Shown piece by piece: positions 17,545 to 27,539 of a DNA stretch of 64,000 bases (its first letter is position 1; each line of letters opens with the position of its first letter). The stretch is taken from the NCBI GenBank assembly GCA_004172935.1, contig SDZD01000022.1:6195-70194 (forward strand), in the 5' to 3' direction. Origin of the DNA: a bacterium. GTDB taxonomy: Bacteria > Armatimonadota > Abditibacteriia > Abditibacteriales > Abditibacteriaceae. Under the pieces are notes generated by a model. It searched no databases, was not told where the DNA came from, and saw only the letters and a list, made by a program, of their open reading frames with translations. A program made the position numbers and the translations under genes.

Positions 17545-18927
17545 TTATTCTGGTTCGGCGCTGCCTTCGAGGATGAGGCCCTTGGTGGCTGGGAACTTTT
17601 TGTGCCACTGATACAACACGTCGTGGAGGTGTTTGGCGTAGCGGTAGTGGGCGCCGACTCCGGTGCGCAGTTCGATTTCGTAGATGAGTTTGTCGGCGGT
17701 GGTGGTGTGGGTGAACTCGAATTGGCTGCCGAGCAGGAACCAGTAGAGGCCGTAACCCTGTTTGTTCTTGGCGAGGATTTCGAGGGCTTTGGAGGTGGTT
17801 GCCTGTCCTGTTTCGACGATGGACGGGGGCGGGTTGAGTTTCGATTGGTCTTCGGCGCAGTAGAAGCCGCTGGGAACCAAATCGCAGAATTTGTTGCCGG
17901 TGCGGTGGCGGTTGAGGTCGCGGATGTCGCCGAAGGCGATGGCGTGCCAGCCAAAGCGAACCGGGGTCATTTGCAGAGTCTCGCCGATGAAGGCATAGCG
18001 GTTGGAGTGGAAGGCGAGGTCGGCGGCGAATGCGTCGCCGTCGCCACCGAACACTTCGAGCGTGGCTTTATCTTCGTCTTCGCCAACGAGCCAGCCCCAG
18101 TCGTTGCCGACTTCGAGCGCCTTCTGGAACATGTTGTCGAAGGAGCGGTCGATGCTGTCCTGAAAGGTTTCCTTGGCCTCGGCGTGCTTGAGCAAGCGAG
18201 GGGCGACGAGTGCCAATTCTTCGCGGATGAGTTCGCCCAATTTCTGCGGTTCGGGCAGGGGATGGGACAGCAGTTGCTGGCACAATGTCACCCACGCGCG
18301 CGCCGACTGCACGAGCATGACGTTGGTTTTCAGTGCGGCGGGCAGGAAGTAGCGGGCGCGGTCGAAGGCGTAATTACGCTTCATGCGCGCGACGGCTTTT
18401 TGCACTCGTTCGCTGGGGTCGGCGAGCAGGGCCGCTGGGATTCGCATGACTTTGGGGTCTTTGTCGGCGACGCCCTCCCAGAACTCGATGGCTTTTTCAT
18501 AAGCCTCCAACGAGTCGTTCATGGCCTGTTTCCACTCGTCGTGTAATTTGGCTGGAATGCCGAGGTCGTCGGGGTCGGCTAGATTGTCGGGTTTGAGGCG
18601 GATGTAGCGTGTCGAGGACTCCTGACCGCCAGCGGTGGGGCAGATGCTCCACAAGTAGTAGGCGAGCCACATGGTAACGCCATCGAGGAAGATGGCGACC
18701 GGGGCCATATCGGCGATGGAGGCGTGACCGTAATCGACCATCTTGAAAATCGAATCGACCGATTTATCGGGGTTGGCAGGGTCGATTTTCGCGAGGATGG
18801 CCTCTAGCCCCTCGTTCGAGCGCGAGTAGCGGGCGCCAGTGGCGGCGAGCAATTCGGGTGTGAGGGCGGGGCGTCCGGCGTCGGTCGCAGCAGCGGTTGG
18901 CGAAAGGGATACAAGCGTGGCACGCAT
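17545..18927 (-). CDS. thyX: FAD-dependent thymidylate synthase, tandem-domain type
   Basis: ARYSRS, YGHASIAD, QESSTRY, ARYFLP...TNV in N-half; DLNRHR in C-half; start reassigned to MRATLVSL. Confidence 0.8.
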   Translation of the reverse strand: MRATLVSLSPTAAATDAGRPALTPELLAATGARYSRSNEGLEAILAKIDPANPDKSVDSIFKMVDYGHASIADMAPVAIFLDGVTMWLAYYLWSICPTAGGQESSTRYIRLKPDNLADPDDLGIPAKLHDEWKQAMNDSLEAYEKAIEFWEGVADKDPKVMRIPAALLADPSERVQKAVARMKRNYAFDRARYFLPAALKTNVMLVQSARAWVTLCQQLLSHPLPEPQKLGELIREELALVAPRLLKHAEAKETFQDSIDRSFDNMFQKALEVGNDWGWLVGEDEDKATLEVFGGDGDAFAADLAFHSNRYAFIGETLQMTPVRFGWHAIAFGDIRDLNRHRTGNKFCDLVPSGFYCAEDQSKLNPPPSIVETGQATTSKALEILAKNKQGYGLYWFLLGSQFEFTHTTTADKLIYEIELRTGVGAHYRYAKHLHDVLYQWHKKFPATKGLILEGSAEPE

Positions 18928-18995
18928 GGAAAAAGCGACGCGCAGTTTAGTGCGCGTCGCTTTTTTGACAGTTATTTCTCCAAAGAAGAGAGTAT

Positions 18996-21773
18996 TTAAC
19001 CGCGTAGCAGGTCGGCCAAACTCAAGGTTGGGGCTGCGCCGCCGCCCTTTGGTTTGTAGGCGTCGTCGATGCGGCGCACACAATCCTGAGCGAACAAGCG
19101 GGTGAGTTGGTCGGGCGACGATTTCGCGGTCTGGAACAAACCAGCGCGCAGTGTTTTGATGTCGCCTTGAGCCAGCAACTTGCCGTCGTCGGGAACGCCG
19201 CTGTTGGTGCCGTTCGCCATGTCGATGAGCGTGCCGAGGTGCTGGGTCGCCAGATCGCGCTGCAAAGCGCTGTAGACGGTTGCTGCGCCTGGTTGGCCCC
19301 AGACGCCGACGCGGGCGGTCTGGAACACGGCGGTCAATGGCAGAGTTTGGCCGGGGAATTTGTAGCTTCCGTTGACCAACTGGTTCAAGCGGCGGTTATT
19401 CAGCAAGCCGTCCAACAGGCTGCTGCGCAGCGAAGCGATCTGGTCGCGAATCGGATAGGCCGAACGCGCTCCTGCATCGCCGTTCAGGTTCAGCAAGTCG
19501 GGCGTCGTTTTGGTCAGATACTGCTGCGGAATTTTCCACGAGTTCTCGTCGAAGATGAAACGGCTAAGCAGGCTCAGAGCGCGCTGTTGCTGAGCGAGCG
19601 GTACTGGCGTGAAGGGTTCGATCTTGGCCTTTTCGCCTTTGACGACACGGCGCGCTTTGAAGCCGCCGATGAAACGCATCGTGTTGTTGGCATCGCCCGA
19701 AAGCGCGCTGAGCAAGCCCAGCATACGGCGGGTGAAGTAGGCGTAGGTGTCGCCGTTCTTCGGGTCGCGCTTGCCCAGGGTTTGCAACAGGTAGCGGCTC
19801 ACGCCAAACGATTTCTCGGCATAGGCGAGCGGGTCGCTGGAGAGGTCGTAACGTACGTTTGTTGGGTCGTAACCATCGGCGAGTTCATCGCCGTAGTACA
19901 ACAAGCCGGGTTCGCCGTTACGGTTGGCGATGGCCTTCAGGCTCTTGTCGTCGGTGGTGTAGCCATAGGAGATGGCCCAGTAGTCGTATTTGCCGGGGCC
20001 GCGCGCGAATAGAGGCGCTCCGGTGCGAAGACCGTAGAGGTTGAAGGCCACGTAATCCATAATGCTGGCCGACACGTTATCGACGTTGGATGTGGTGGGT
20101 TTGGACAGCTGTTCTGGCGTGTAGAACATCGAGCCGAGGAAGTTGTGACGCAAGCCGAGGATGTGCCCGAACTCGTGCATGATAACGCCCTTGAGCAAGG
20201 CGTTAACGTATTTTTCGTTGCTAAAGCGTGGGTCGATTTGCTGCGCGATTTCGAGTCCGCGAGCCGCATTGTTCATCATCTCGTCGCCCATCGAACAGGC
20301 TTCGTTGCGAAGATTCTGCTCCAACTGCTGAGCGGCCAGAGGGTTGATGACCTGAGTTTTTTCGCGGAAACCAACGCGAGTCCAGTTGGCGTTAACCGTG
20401 ATGGCAGCGTTGATGATTTCGCCGGTCATCGGGTTCTCGCGCAATTGAGCGACAGCGTAAGCGCCGCCACTGGTGGGGGCGGTGGCGACCCAGCGGATGG
20501 TGTTGAAACGCATGTCCGCGTGGTCGTAGTTGGTGTCTTCTGGTGAGTTGGGTTTGGGAGCGTCTTTGACTACGACGGCGCCTTTGTAGCCGATGCGTTC
20601 GAAAACGGCGTTCCAGCTCAGAATGGCCTCGCGCACTGCCTGACGATAGCGCACTGGAACCGAGTTATCGACGATGAATACAATCGGTTTAACCGGAGCC
20701 GACATGGCGGCTTTGGGATCGGCTTTGCGCAAATCCCAACGGTTGATGAAGTGAACGACCGGGTCGGTAGAGGCTTCGTCATCGAAGTTTTCAAAGCCCG
20801 AACGGTTGGCCGAAAGCTGGCCGTTGATGAAGAAACCGATGCGTGGGTCGGCCAAACGAGTCTTGTAACCGTTATCGGTTGGCAAGCCATAAAGGTTGAA
20901 AGCGACGCGAATCGGCAATGAACGACTATCGGCTTGCGAGGTGGCTCCGCCGCCAGCTGCTCCCGCTTTGCGGAAGTTGAAGAAGGAATCAACCACCATG
21001 TTCGTGGGGAAGTTACGCAACTTCTCGATGAACGAAAGCGTTGGGTCGGGCGTGTAGCCAGTCACGGCTGCGGTGAGTTGCGGAAGCGAACCGTCGAAAA
21101 AGCTGGCGAAGTCGATCAGCAGCGTTTTCGTCTCGGTGTTGGTCGCGAGAATTGGCGTTACCGAAAGATAAGCCTCTGGGAAATCGCGTTCGACAGCCAG
21201 TTTCAGATTGGGGTCTTTGGTGCGATACCACATGTTCGGCACAACGACGGCCAAACGGTTATCGGGAGTTTTGACCCAGCGCCACACGATGTCATCGACG
21301 GGGCTACCTGCGACGGCAGCGGCACCGTTGCCGCTGGCGAAGGTGGTTTGCAGCATGAACAGCTGGCCGATTTGCGATTCCTTGACTTCGGCCATCAAGC
21401 GCTGTTTGTTGTCAGCGGTTTTGCGGTACAGGGTGAACAGGCCGTCGATCTTATCGAAGCCCTTGGTCAATTCCGCGATGGTTTTGGGTTTGGGAGTGGC
21501 GTTCGGGTCGGGGGTTGCTGTGGGCGTGCCCTGTGGCTTTGGTGGCCCTTTGGGGGCATCGCCGGGGGTGTCGTCTTTACGTGGATCCTGAACAGGTGTT
21601 GCACCGGGTACTGGCGTTGCACCGGGGGCCGGAGTCGGGGCCGGTGGTGTGTTGGGTACAGGTGTGTTCGTGGGAGCCGGGGCAGGTGTTGGGGTAGGTG
21701 CGGGTGGCACCTGAGCAAAGGCCGCGTGCGCCATTACTACTGGCAGCGCAAGCGCAAGGAAAAATCTTTTCAT
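18996..21773 (-). CDS. Secreted zinc-dependent metalloprotease (DUF5117/DUF4953-type, EcxA-like)
   Basis: Signal peptide MKRFFLALALP, Pro-rich linker, RLADPRIGFF, HEFGHILGLRHNF, SASIMDY Met-turn. Confidence 0.9.
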   Translation of the reverse strand: MKRFFLALALPVVMAHAAFAQVPPAPTPTPAPAPTNTPVPNTPPAPTPAPGATPVPGATPVQDPRKDDTPGDAPKGPPKPQGTPTATPDPNATPKPKTIAELTKGFDKIDGLFTLYRKTADNKQRLMAEVKESQIGQLFMLQTTFASGNGAAAVAGSPVDDIVWRWVKTPDNRLAVVVPNMWYRTKDPNLKLAVERDFPEAYLSVTPILATNTETKTLLIDFASFFDGSLPQLTAAVTGYTPDPTLSFIEKLRNFPTNMVVDSFFNFRKAGAAGGGATSQADSRSLPIRVAFNLYGLPTDNGYKTRLADPRIGFFINGQLSANRSGFENFDDEASTDPVVHFINRWDLRKADPKAAMSAPVKPIVFIVDNSVPVRYRQAVREAILSWNAVFERIGYKGAVVVKDAPKPNSPEDTNYDHADMRFNTIRWVATAPTSGGAYAVAQLRENPMTGEIINAAITVNANWTRVGFREKTQVINPLAAQQLEQNLRNEACSMGDEMMNNAARGLEIAQQIDPRFSNEKYVNALLKGVIMHEFGHILGLRHNFLGSMFYTPEQLSKPTTSNVDNVSASIMDYVAFNLYGLRTGAPLFARGPGKYDYWAISYGYTTDDKSLKAIANRNGEPGLLYYGDELADGYDPTNVRYDLSSDPLAYAEKSFGVSRYLLQTLGKRDPKNGDTYAYFTRRMLGLLSALSGDANNTMRFIGGFKARRVVKGEKAKIEPFTPVPLAQQQRALSLLSRFIFDENSWKIPQQYLTKTTPDLLNLNGDAGARSAYPIRDQIASLRSSLLDGLLNNRRLNQLVNGSYKFPGQTLPLTAVFQTARVGVWGQPGAATVYSALQRDLATQHLGTLIDMANGTNSGVPDDGKLLAQGDIKTLRAGLFQTAKSSPDQLTRLFAQDCVRRIDDAYKPKGGGAAPTLSLADLLRG

Positions 21774-22167
21774 CGAGATCGAACGCAAACAACGGACTTT
21801 TGGCGAATTGTTATGGTTGCTCCGAAATGTATTAGAAACCAAAACATCTGTTGTTCGCTTACTGACTATCTCTTTTACCAAAGAGGACGTTGCCCTACAC
21901 GTGTTTATAACGGCTTTGCGAGAAGGTGTGAGTTGTCTCAAAAAATTGTCTTAATCGCGGAAACAACCATCACTTAACGTTATTGTGCGGTGCGATGCCT
22001 GTTGACTTCAAGCGGTGCATAGAAAACCACAAGAGGCTAAGCACCCTGCTGAGAAAACAGTCAGCAGGTCAATCATGTCGAAATTGCTGCTGCGAATGAC
22101 TGTAATGTTAAATTGTTGATTATATCGCTCTGCTATTGACCGATTTGGCGAACTCGTTTCTAATGCC

Positions 22168-22947
22168 TCACTCCTCGAATTTCCATAGCGACTGTGCCTG
22201 GGGAATTCCTGACTCTGGATGGGGAGAAATCTTCATCGGCATTTCGTAAACGCGCTCCAGAATCTCGGCTTGCATCACATCCGCGACGCTGCCACTGGCC
22301 GCTACTGTGCCATTGGAGTCGAGCAGCAACATGGAGTCGGCGACGAGTGCTGCCAAATTCAGGCCATGTAGCGAAACCAGCGTGACTAACTTCTCTTCGC
22401 GGGTGAATTGGCGAGCCAACCCCAAAATCTCGTGCTGATAGCGCACATCGAGCGCTGAAACGGGTTCATCCAGTAGCAACACCGGGGTACCCGTCGCCAG
22501 CACGCGCGGAAGCAGGGCGCGCTGGCGCTGGCCGCCCGAAAGCTGGCCCAGTTTGCGCCCGCGCAAATCGGGAGCGACGCGATTAATCGCGCTCTCGACA
22601 GCCGCCCTGTCGGTGGCTGTCGGAGTGCCATAAGGCGGTAGGTGCGGTGTGCGACCCAGCATCGCCATCTCCTCGACAGTCATATCACTACCTCCGCCGA
22701 AGCCTTGCGGCAGGAACGACACGAGGCGCGCTCTGGCACGCTTATCGGCGGGTAAGGGAGAAGAGTTCCACAGCACCTCACCGCCCGATGGTTTAATGAG
22801 GCCGACAAGAGAGCGTAGCAGCGTCGATTTACCCGAACCGTTTGGCCCCAGCACGGCGCACAGTTGGCCGGGCGCAACCGAAAATGACACGTCGTTTAAT
22901 ACGCGACGCGCGCCGAGTTGGACCGAGAGAGAGCGAAGTTCGAGCAT
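22168..22947 (-). CDS. Iron-siderophore/cobalamin ABC transporter ATP-binding protein
   Basis: GPNGSGKS, LSGGQRQR, LLLDEP, LHGLNLA; PHP near C-terminus. Confidence 0.93.
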   Translation of the reverse strand: MLELRSLSVQLGARRVLNDVSFSVAPGQLCAVLGPNGSGKSTLLRSLVGLIKPSGGEVLWNSSPLPADKRARARLVSFLPQGFGGGSDMTVEEMAMLGRTPHLPPYGTPTATDRAAVESAINRVAPDLRGRKLGQLSGGQRQRALLPRVLATGTPVLLLDEPVSALDVRYQHEILGLARQFTREEKLVTLVSLHGLNLAALVADSMLLLDSNGTVAASGSVADVMQAEILERVYEMPMKISPHPESGIPQAQSLWKFEE

Positions 22948-22950
22948 AAA

Positions 22951-23943
22951 TCACATCTTGCGCGCGAGGGCCAGAAACAGCGGCACGCCAAGCAGGGCGG
23001 TAAAGATGCCGACCGGAACTTCGATGGGGGCGAAGGCGGTGTGGGCGAGCGTATCGCAACCACACAGCAGGGCCGCGCCGCCTAGAGCGGCACCAGGGAG
23101 TAGGGTTTTGGCATCGCGCCCGCCAGCGAGTCGAACCAAATGGGGAGCCAGCAAGCCGACGAACCCGATGAGGCCCGCGATAGCTACGCTCGAAGCCGCC
23201 AACACGCCCGCCGCAATCAAGACGCGCTTTTGCAGCGCCGAGTAATCGACTCCAAGCGCGAGGGCGTCTTCGTCTCCCGCCGCCAATGCATCGAGATCGC
23301 GCGCATTGAGGCGCAGCAGCAAAAAACCGAACACAAGCGAAACCGCCAGAATGATGTTTTGCGCCGTTCCTGCGCGCGACAAGCCGCCCAACAGCCAGAA
23401 GGTGGTCTCCTGTGTTAGCTCAAGGCTTCCTGAGAGGGCGACGACGAGCGACTGCAGGGCGGACAAAAACGCCGATAACGCCACACCGATAAGCAACAGC
23501 CGTGCGCGCCGAGAGCCGGAATCGAAGCTAGACACATTGCCTTGCCCGATAGTGAAAACGAGGAATCCCGAAGCCACAGAGCCTATCCATGCCAGCGGAA
23601 TAGTCGCATAAATGCCCACGAGCAGCGGTAACTTGAGCGCCGAGGCCAATGTCGCCCCCAGCGCGCCACCCGCCGAAATGCCGAGCAGATAGGGTTCGGC
23701 GAGTGGGTTGCGAAACAGCGTTTGCAATCCGGCTCCCGCCACACTCAGGCTGGCGCCCACGAGGAGAGCGCAGATAACGCGAGTCGGGCGTAGTGACAGG
23801 AATATGGCGCGCGCCACTTCGCGCTTTTCGGGCGATTCACTGCCCAAATCGAGCGGCGATACCGGGGCGCCCCACACGAGCGAAAACACAGCCGCGCCGA
23901 TGCAAACGAGAACCAACCAAAAAAGCAACGAGCGGCGCGACAT
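22951..23943 (-). CDS. FecCD/BtuC family ABC permease
   Basis: LRPTRV..ALLVGASL, LFRNPLAEPYLLGIS, GLIGFVGLLAPH, EVPVGIFTALLGVPLF. Confidence 0.95.
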   Translation of the reverse strand: MSRRSLLFWLVLVCIGAAVFSLVWGAPVSPLDLGSESPEKREVARAIFLSLRPTRVICALLVGASLSVAGAGLQTLFRNPLAEPYLLGISAGGALGATLASALKLPLLVGIYATIPLAWIGSVASGFLVFTIGQGNVSSFDSGSRRARLLLIGVALSAFLSALQSLVVALSGSLELTQETTFWLLGGLSRAGTAQNIILAVSLVFGFLLLRLNARDLDALAAGDEDALALGVDYSALQKRVLIAAGVLAASSVAIAGLIGFVGLLAPHLVRLAGGRDAKTLLPGAALGGAALLCGCDTLAHTAFAPIEVPVGIFTALLGVPLFLALARKM

Positions 23944-24099
23944 GAACGGAAAATTGTAACCGATGTTCGGTGAAGAGCGCCCCCATGCCCCCTATTCATA
24001 TTTGCATTCTGAACTTGAAACAAGACCAATCACGTGGAATTTGGGGCATGAACGGAGCGAAGGGGAAGGTGTTAAAATGGGCGCAAAGAGTACAAGTCC

Positions 24100-24618
24100 G
24101 TGACGCCAATGTCTATCCGCTCCCAACACGCCTTGCCACGAAAATTGAAGAGGCCGTACTTCACCTTCTTCTTTATTCTCACTTCCATTTTCGCTCTGGC
24201 TCTAGTCGGTTCGGCTATCACGGCGCTTGTGTCGGGTGCGAATGGTATTTTGCTGTTGACCGCACTGATTGGCGGCTCGCTATGGTCAGGCTTTGCAATC
24301 GGCGCGCTCGCCAACTGGCAAAGCCTGACTGTCTTCGACGAGCATCTGGTGTTCAATTCGTTCGGTAGAAAGACCCGCGTGATGTACAGGGAAATTAGCG
24401 AGGTCGATGTCATCGCCTTGCCAGCAAGCAGCAACGCTGGCGGAATCGAAACCCTCGCGCTTCATTTGCATCATCGCTCCGGCGGCAAAACGCCGTTGAA
24501 GATGAATTTCAAGCTTATCGGAGCCAAGGAGCGCATTTTTTTGCTCAACCTGCTCAAAGAAGTCGCCCCCTCGGCTCACATGAACTCTCAGGCCGAACGC
24601 CTTCGCCAGAAGAGGTAG
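24100..24618 (+). CDS. Hypothetical membrane protein (two TM plus PH-like soluble domain)
   Basis: Two N-terminal hydrophobic helices followed by beta-rich domain; start codon uncertain. Confidence 0.65.
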   Translation: MTPMSIRSQHALPRKLKRPYFTFFFILTSIFALALVGSAITALVSGANGILLLTALIGGSLWSGFAIGALANWQSLTVFDEHLVFNSFGRKTRVMYREISEVDVIALPASSNAGGIETLALHLHHRSGGKTPLKMNFKLIGAKERIFLLNLLKEVAPSAHMNSQAERLRQKR

Positions 24619-24628
24619 ACCAACCTCT

Positions 24629-25558
24629 TTAAGCCTTTAGCTCTTTTTCCAGTACCTTAAACAATTCGACGGAGGCTTCGATTTCCTCTTTCTTGTTGGA
24701 AACACTCTCTATGTTGAGTCCCAGCGGGACACTTCTATCTTCAAGTGAGCCGAGAATTTCGCTCAGAATCGAGCGGCAAATTCCGATGGATTCGCTCAGT
24801 GGGTCGGCAGCTTCCAGAATGCCACGCTCGATTTCGCTGGGCACCGAAACGCCGAGCCACTTGATAAATTCGAGGGTTTTGGCACGTCCGCAGGGGGCGA
24901 AGGTGAGAATGAAGCGCTTTGGTTTCAGGCCCGCTTCGCGGCATTCGCGCGCATAGTTGTTCAGCAGGGTAATGGTCTTCTGCGAGTTGTAAACGCTTTG
25001 CGAAACGAAGAATTCGCATCCAGCCTGTGTCTTTTGAATCATGCGCTGGCTCTCGCTGCGCGTTTCGCTGTTGCGCTCGGCGATAGCCACGCCGCCGAGC
25101 ATGAAGTTGGCGGGGTGGACGCGCGCCATTTCGGTTGCACGCGGCAGGGAAATGGTGTCGCCTTTTTGTCTGCGAGTCGGACTACCCACTAAAGACAGGG
25201 TCGCGATACCGAAATCGCGCTGTGATTGGTCGAGCCATTGCTGCCAATCGGCCTCGTTCATGTGCGTCGCCGATTTGTAGGTGATGACAGCCTTTTGGGA
25301 CAGTTGATAGAGGAGCTGCGAATAGACCCGCGAATCGAGAGTCGGCAAAAACGGGAAGGGGCGCGGTTCTCCGGTACGCTCGCTTTCGTCCTGCACATCG
25401 TAGACGATCAGGCCGTCGAGATTGAGGTTTTTGGTGCGGTCGACAAGTTTTTCTGCGGCCAGATGAACTTCTTCGGGCGTCGCTCCGACACGGGGCGGAG
25501 TGGTGCCGTACAGCATGACGCACTGATTCGATTCAAAGAAATGAGTTGGTAAAAGCAC
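24629..25558 (-). CDS. Methylenetetrahydrofolate reductase-like FAD-linked oxidoreductase
   Basis: LYGTTPP, YDVQDES.R...RPFPFLPT, GGVAIAER, GCEFFVSQ.VY, WLGV. Confidence 0.75.
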   Translation of the reverse strand: MLLPTHFFESNQCVMLYGTTPPRVGATPEEVHLAAEKLVDRTKNLNLDGLIVYDVQDESERTGEPRPFPFLPTLDSRVYSQLLYQLSQKAVITYKSATHMNEADWQQWLDQSQRDFGIATLSLVGSPTRRQKGDTISLPRATEMARVHPANFMLGGVAIAERNSETRSESQRMIQKTQAGCEFFVSQSVYNSQKTITLLNNYARECREAGLKPKRFILTFAPCGRAKTLEFIKWLGVSVPSEIERGILEAADPLSESIGICRSILSEILGSLEDRSVPLGLNIESVSNKKEEIEASVELFKVLEKELKA

Positions 25559-25617
25559 AGGCAGAATCAGAGTTTTATAGATTTCGCTTAAGTTTCGGCT
25601 TTGTCTTCACCCGAAAT

Positions 25618-26151
25618 TCAAATTCTAGCTTGCCTACGACTGCGAATATCGAAGCCAATCGTGAAAATGAGCGCCGTCAACAAAACGGGAATCGAAATTA
25701 AAACGCCCTTTGCCGTCGCAAGACTTCCCGGTTCAGTCGAAAAGGGCGCCAGAGCGCTGAAGGTAGGCTCTTGTTTCAGGCAGTAGACAAGCACATTTTG
25801 CCCCACTTGGTATTTGCTGATGATTCGCAGCGCCTCATTTTCATCGGCAAAGCCCTGATAGCCGAATGAGATAGTGCTTCCGCTGAATGAGTTGCCATCT
25901 GCCGAGTAAACGTAGCGAACATCGGGGCGGTAACTACGCTTATGGATAATATCTGAGTGAGTGATGCGCCCCGGCACCGTTCGCCACTGCTGCTTTTCGA
26001 TGAGAAAGTTGCCCCGATAAGAATTCCACTGCACTGACACAATAAGCAGAAGCATCAACAATATGATTGGTAGCAGTGTATATACGCATACCGGCCCCCC
26101 AATGCTCGCCAGGATGAGTGGGCGAGGTCTTCTAGCTTCAAGTTCTTCCAT
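25618..26151 (-). CDS. DUF3592 domain membrane protein
   Basis: W..VPGRITHS...YRPDVRYVY...G..FSG..ISFG...Y.VGQ.V.VY flanked by TM helices. Confidence 0.8.
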   Translation of the reverse strand: MEELEARRPRPLILASIGGPVCVYTLLPIILLMLLLIVSVQWNSYRGNFLIEKQQWRTVPGRITHSDIIHKRSYRPDVRYVYSADGNSFSGSTISFGYQGFADENEALRIISKYQVGQNVLVYCLKQEPTFSALAPFSTEPGSLATAKGVLISIPVLLTALIFTIGFDIRSRRQARI

Positions 26152-26157
26152 CTAATT

Positions 26158-26454
26158 TTATTGATACCTTTCGGCGAGTTGCTGCTTTCTCTCTTCGATA
26201 TAGGCCACCATGCTCTCCTGAAGTTGTGCTGAGGTCCGTCCTCCCTCTTGAAAAATTTCCGACATCGCAACATGACCTGCCCTTCCTGGGCCAATGCCAA
26301 AAGCCGAGCTGATGTAAAAGACGCAGATGATTTTAGATTTGGAATTCAAGGTTTGGCAGATGATTTCGAGAAGCTCGCTAATGGGTTTGCCGTTGGCATA
26401 TTCTTGGCGAATCCTGTCAACAAGTTCTGGAATTGGGTGAATAGATGTGCTCAT
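26158..26454 (-). CDS. Small hypothetical protein
   Basis: 98-aa ORF in the same orientation as neighbours; no family recognised. Confidence 0.6.
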   Translation of the reverse strand: MSTSIHPIPELVDRIRQEYANGKPISELLEIICQTLNSKSKIICVFYISSAFGIGPGRAGHVAMSEIFQEGGRTSAQLQESMVAYIEERKQQLAERYQ

Positions 26455-26524
26455 AAAGGGGGAGGGGAGCCTTACTGACGCCCCTCGATTTGTTCACGCT
26501 GCGGGGAGTTCATTGCTGCTTCAT

Positions 26525-27463
26525 TTACGCATACAGCGCGCTTTCGAGGTCTTCGATTTCGGGGTCGCTTGATGTGCGGGCGAACTCGACGGAGGCTTCT
26601 ACTTCGGCATCGACATCTTCCAGAATGGTGCGGTACTCTTCGTTATCGAGGCCCATGTGGGTTTGCAACTTGCCGATGCAATCTTTGGCGCGCCACTCGG
26701 CTTCCTCTTCGCGGGTGCGGTATTCGCATTTGTCGCTTTTCGAGTGGCCGTAGTAGCGGTAGACGCGCATTTCGATGAGCGATGGCCCTTCGCCGTTGCG
26801 GGCGCGGGTAGCGCCGCGTTCGATGGCGGCGCACACATCGAAGAAATCGGTGCCATCCACCACTTCACCCACAATTCCGTAGCCTTGGGCACGACCCGCA
26901 ATGGTCGGGGTCGCGAAAATCTCGTCATAGCGCGTACTCATGGCGTAGTGGTTGTTTTCGCACACGAATAGCACTGGCAATTTCCACACAGCCGCCATGT
27001 TGATGGCTTCGTGGAAGGTGCCCTGGTTGGCGCCGCCTTCGCCGAAGAAGGCGACGACGACTTGGCCTGTCTGCTTCATTTTCGCAGCCAGTGCAGCGCC
27101 GGTCGCGATGGGCAGTCCGCCCGCCGTGATACCATTCGAGCCGAGGAAGCCGATAGAGTAGTCGGCGACATGCTGAGAACCGCCGCGCCCTTTGGATGGG
27201 CCTGTCGATTTGCCCCACAGTTCGGCCATCAACGCGCTCGAATTGCCGCCCTTGGCGAGAAAGTGACCGTGCCCGCGATGGGTCGAGGTCATCATATCGT
27301 CGGGGCGCAGCACGGCGCACACGCCCACCGCAACGGCTTCCTGTCCGGCATACAGGTGTGAGGTGCCCTTGATGACGCCCGAAGCGAATAGGTCGTCGAG
27401 TTTCTCTTCAAAGCGGCGAATCAAAAGCATGTCGCGCAACGCGGCGCGCAAGTCCTGGGGCAT
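26525..27463 (-). CDS. TPP-dependent 2-oxoacid/acetoin dehydrogenase E1 alpha subunit
   Basis: HLYAGQEA, STHRGHGH, GRGGSQH, FGEGGANQGTFHE..N...ENN, RYYGHS; start reassigned to MPQDL. Confidence 0.93.
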   Translation of the reverse strand: MPQDLRAALRDMLLIRRFEEKLDDLFASGVIKGTSHLYAGQEAVAVGVCAVLRPDDMMTSTHRGHGHFLAKGGNSSALMAELWGKSTGPSKGRGGSQHVADYSIGFLGSNGITAGGLPIATGAALAAKMKQTGQVVVAFFGEGGANQGTFHEAINMAAVWKLPVLFVCENNHYAMSTRYDEIFATPTIAGRAQGYGIVGEVVDGTDFFDVCAAIERGATRARNGEGPSLIEMRVYRYYGHSKSDKCEYRTREEEAEWRAKDCIGKLQTHMGLDNEEYRTILEDVDAEVEASVEFARTSSDPEIEDLESALYA

Positions 27464-27491
27464 AACGGGAAAGTTTGACCACCGAAAAAGC

Positions 27492-27526
27492 AAAACGACC
27501 CGCCCTTTTCAGGGGCGAGTCGTTTT
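27492..27526 (-). terminator. Intrinsic terminator
   Basis: Minus strand aaaacgactcgccc-ctgaaaa-gggcgggtcgtttt. Confidence 0.8.
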
Positions 27527-27539
27527 TTAATCAAGAAAA

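Noticed and set aside
22168-23943. Incomplete iron/B12 ABC system (no binding protein) and LLPRV variant after the signature motif
   Set aside because: Binding-protein genes are commonly unlinked, and a single substitution is not evidence of inactivation
23944-24099. Cobalamin riboswitch upstream of the BtuC/FecCD-like permease
   Set aside because: No B12-box or conserved core visible; a -10-like TACAAT sits 9 nt from the ATG, leaving no leader
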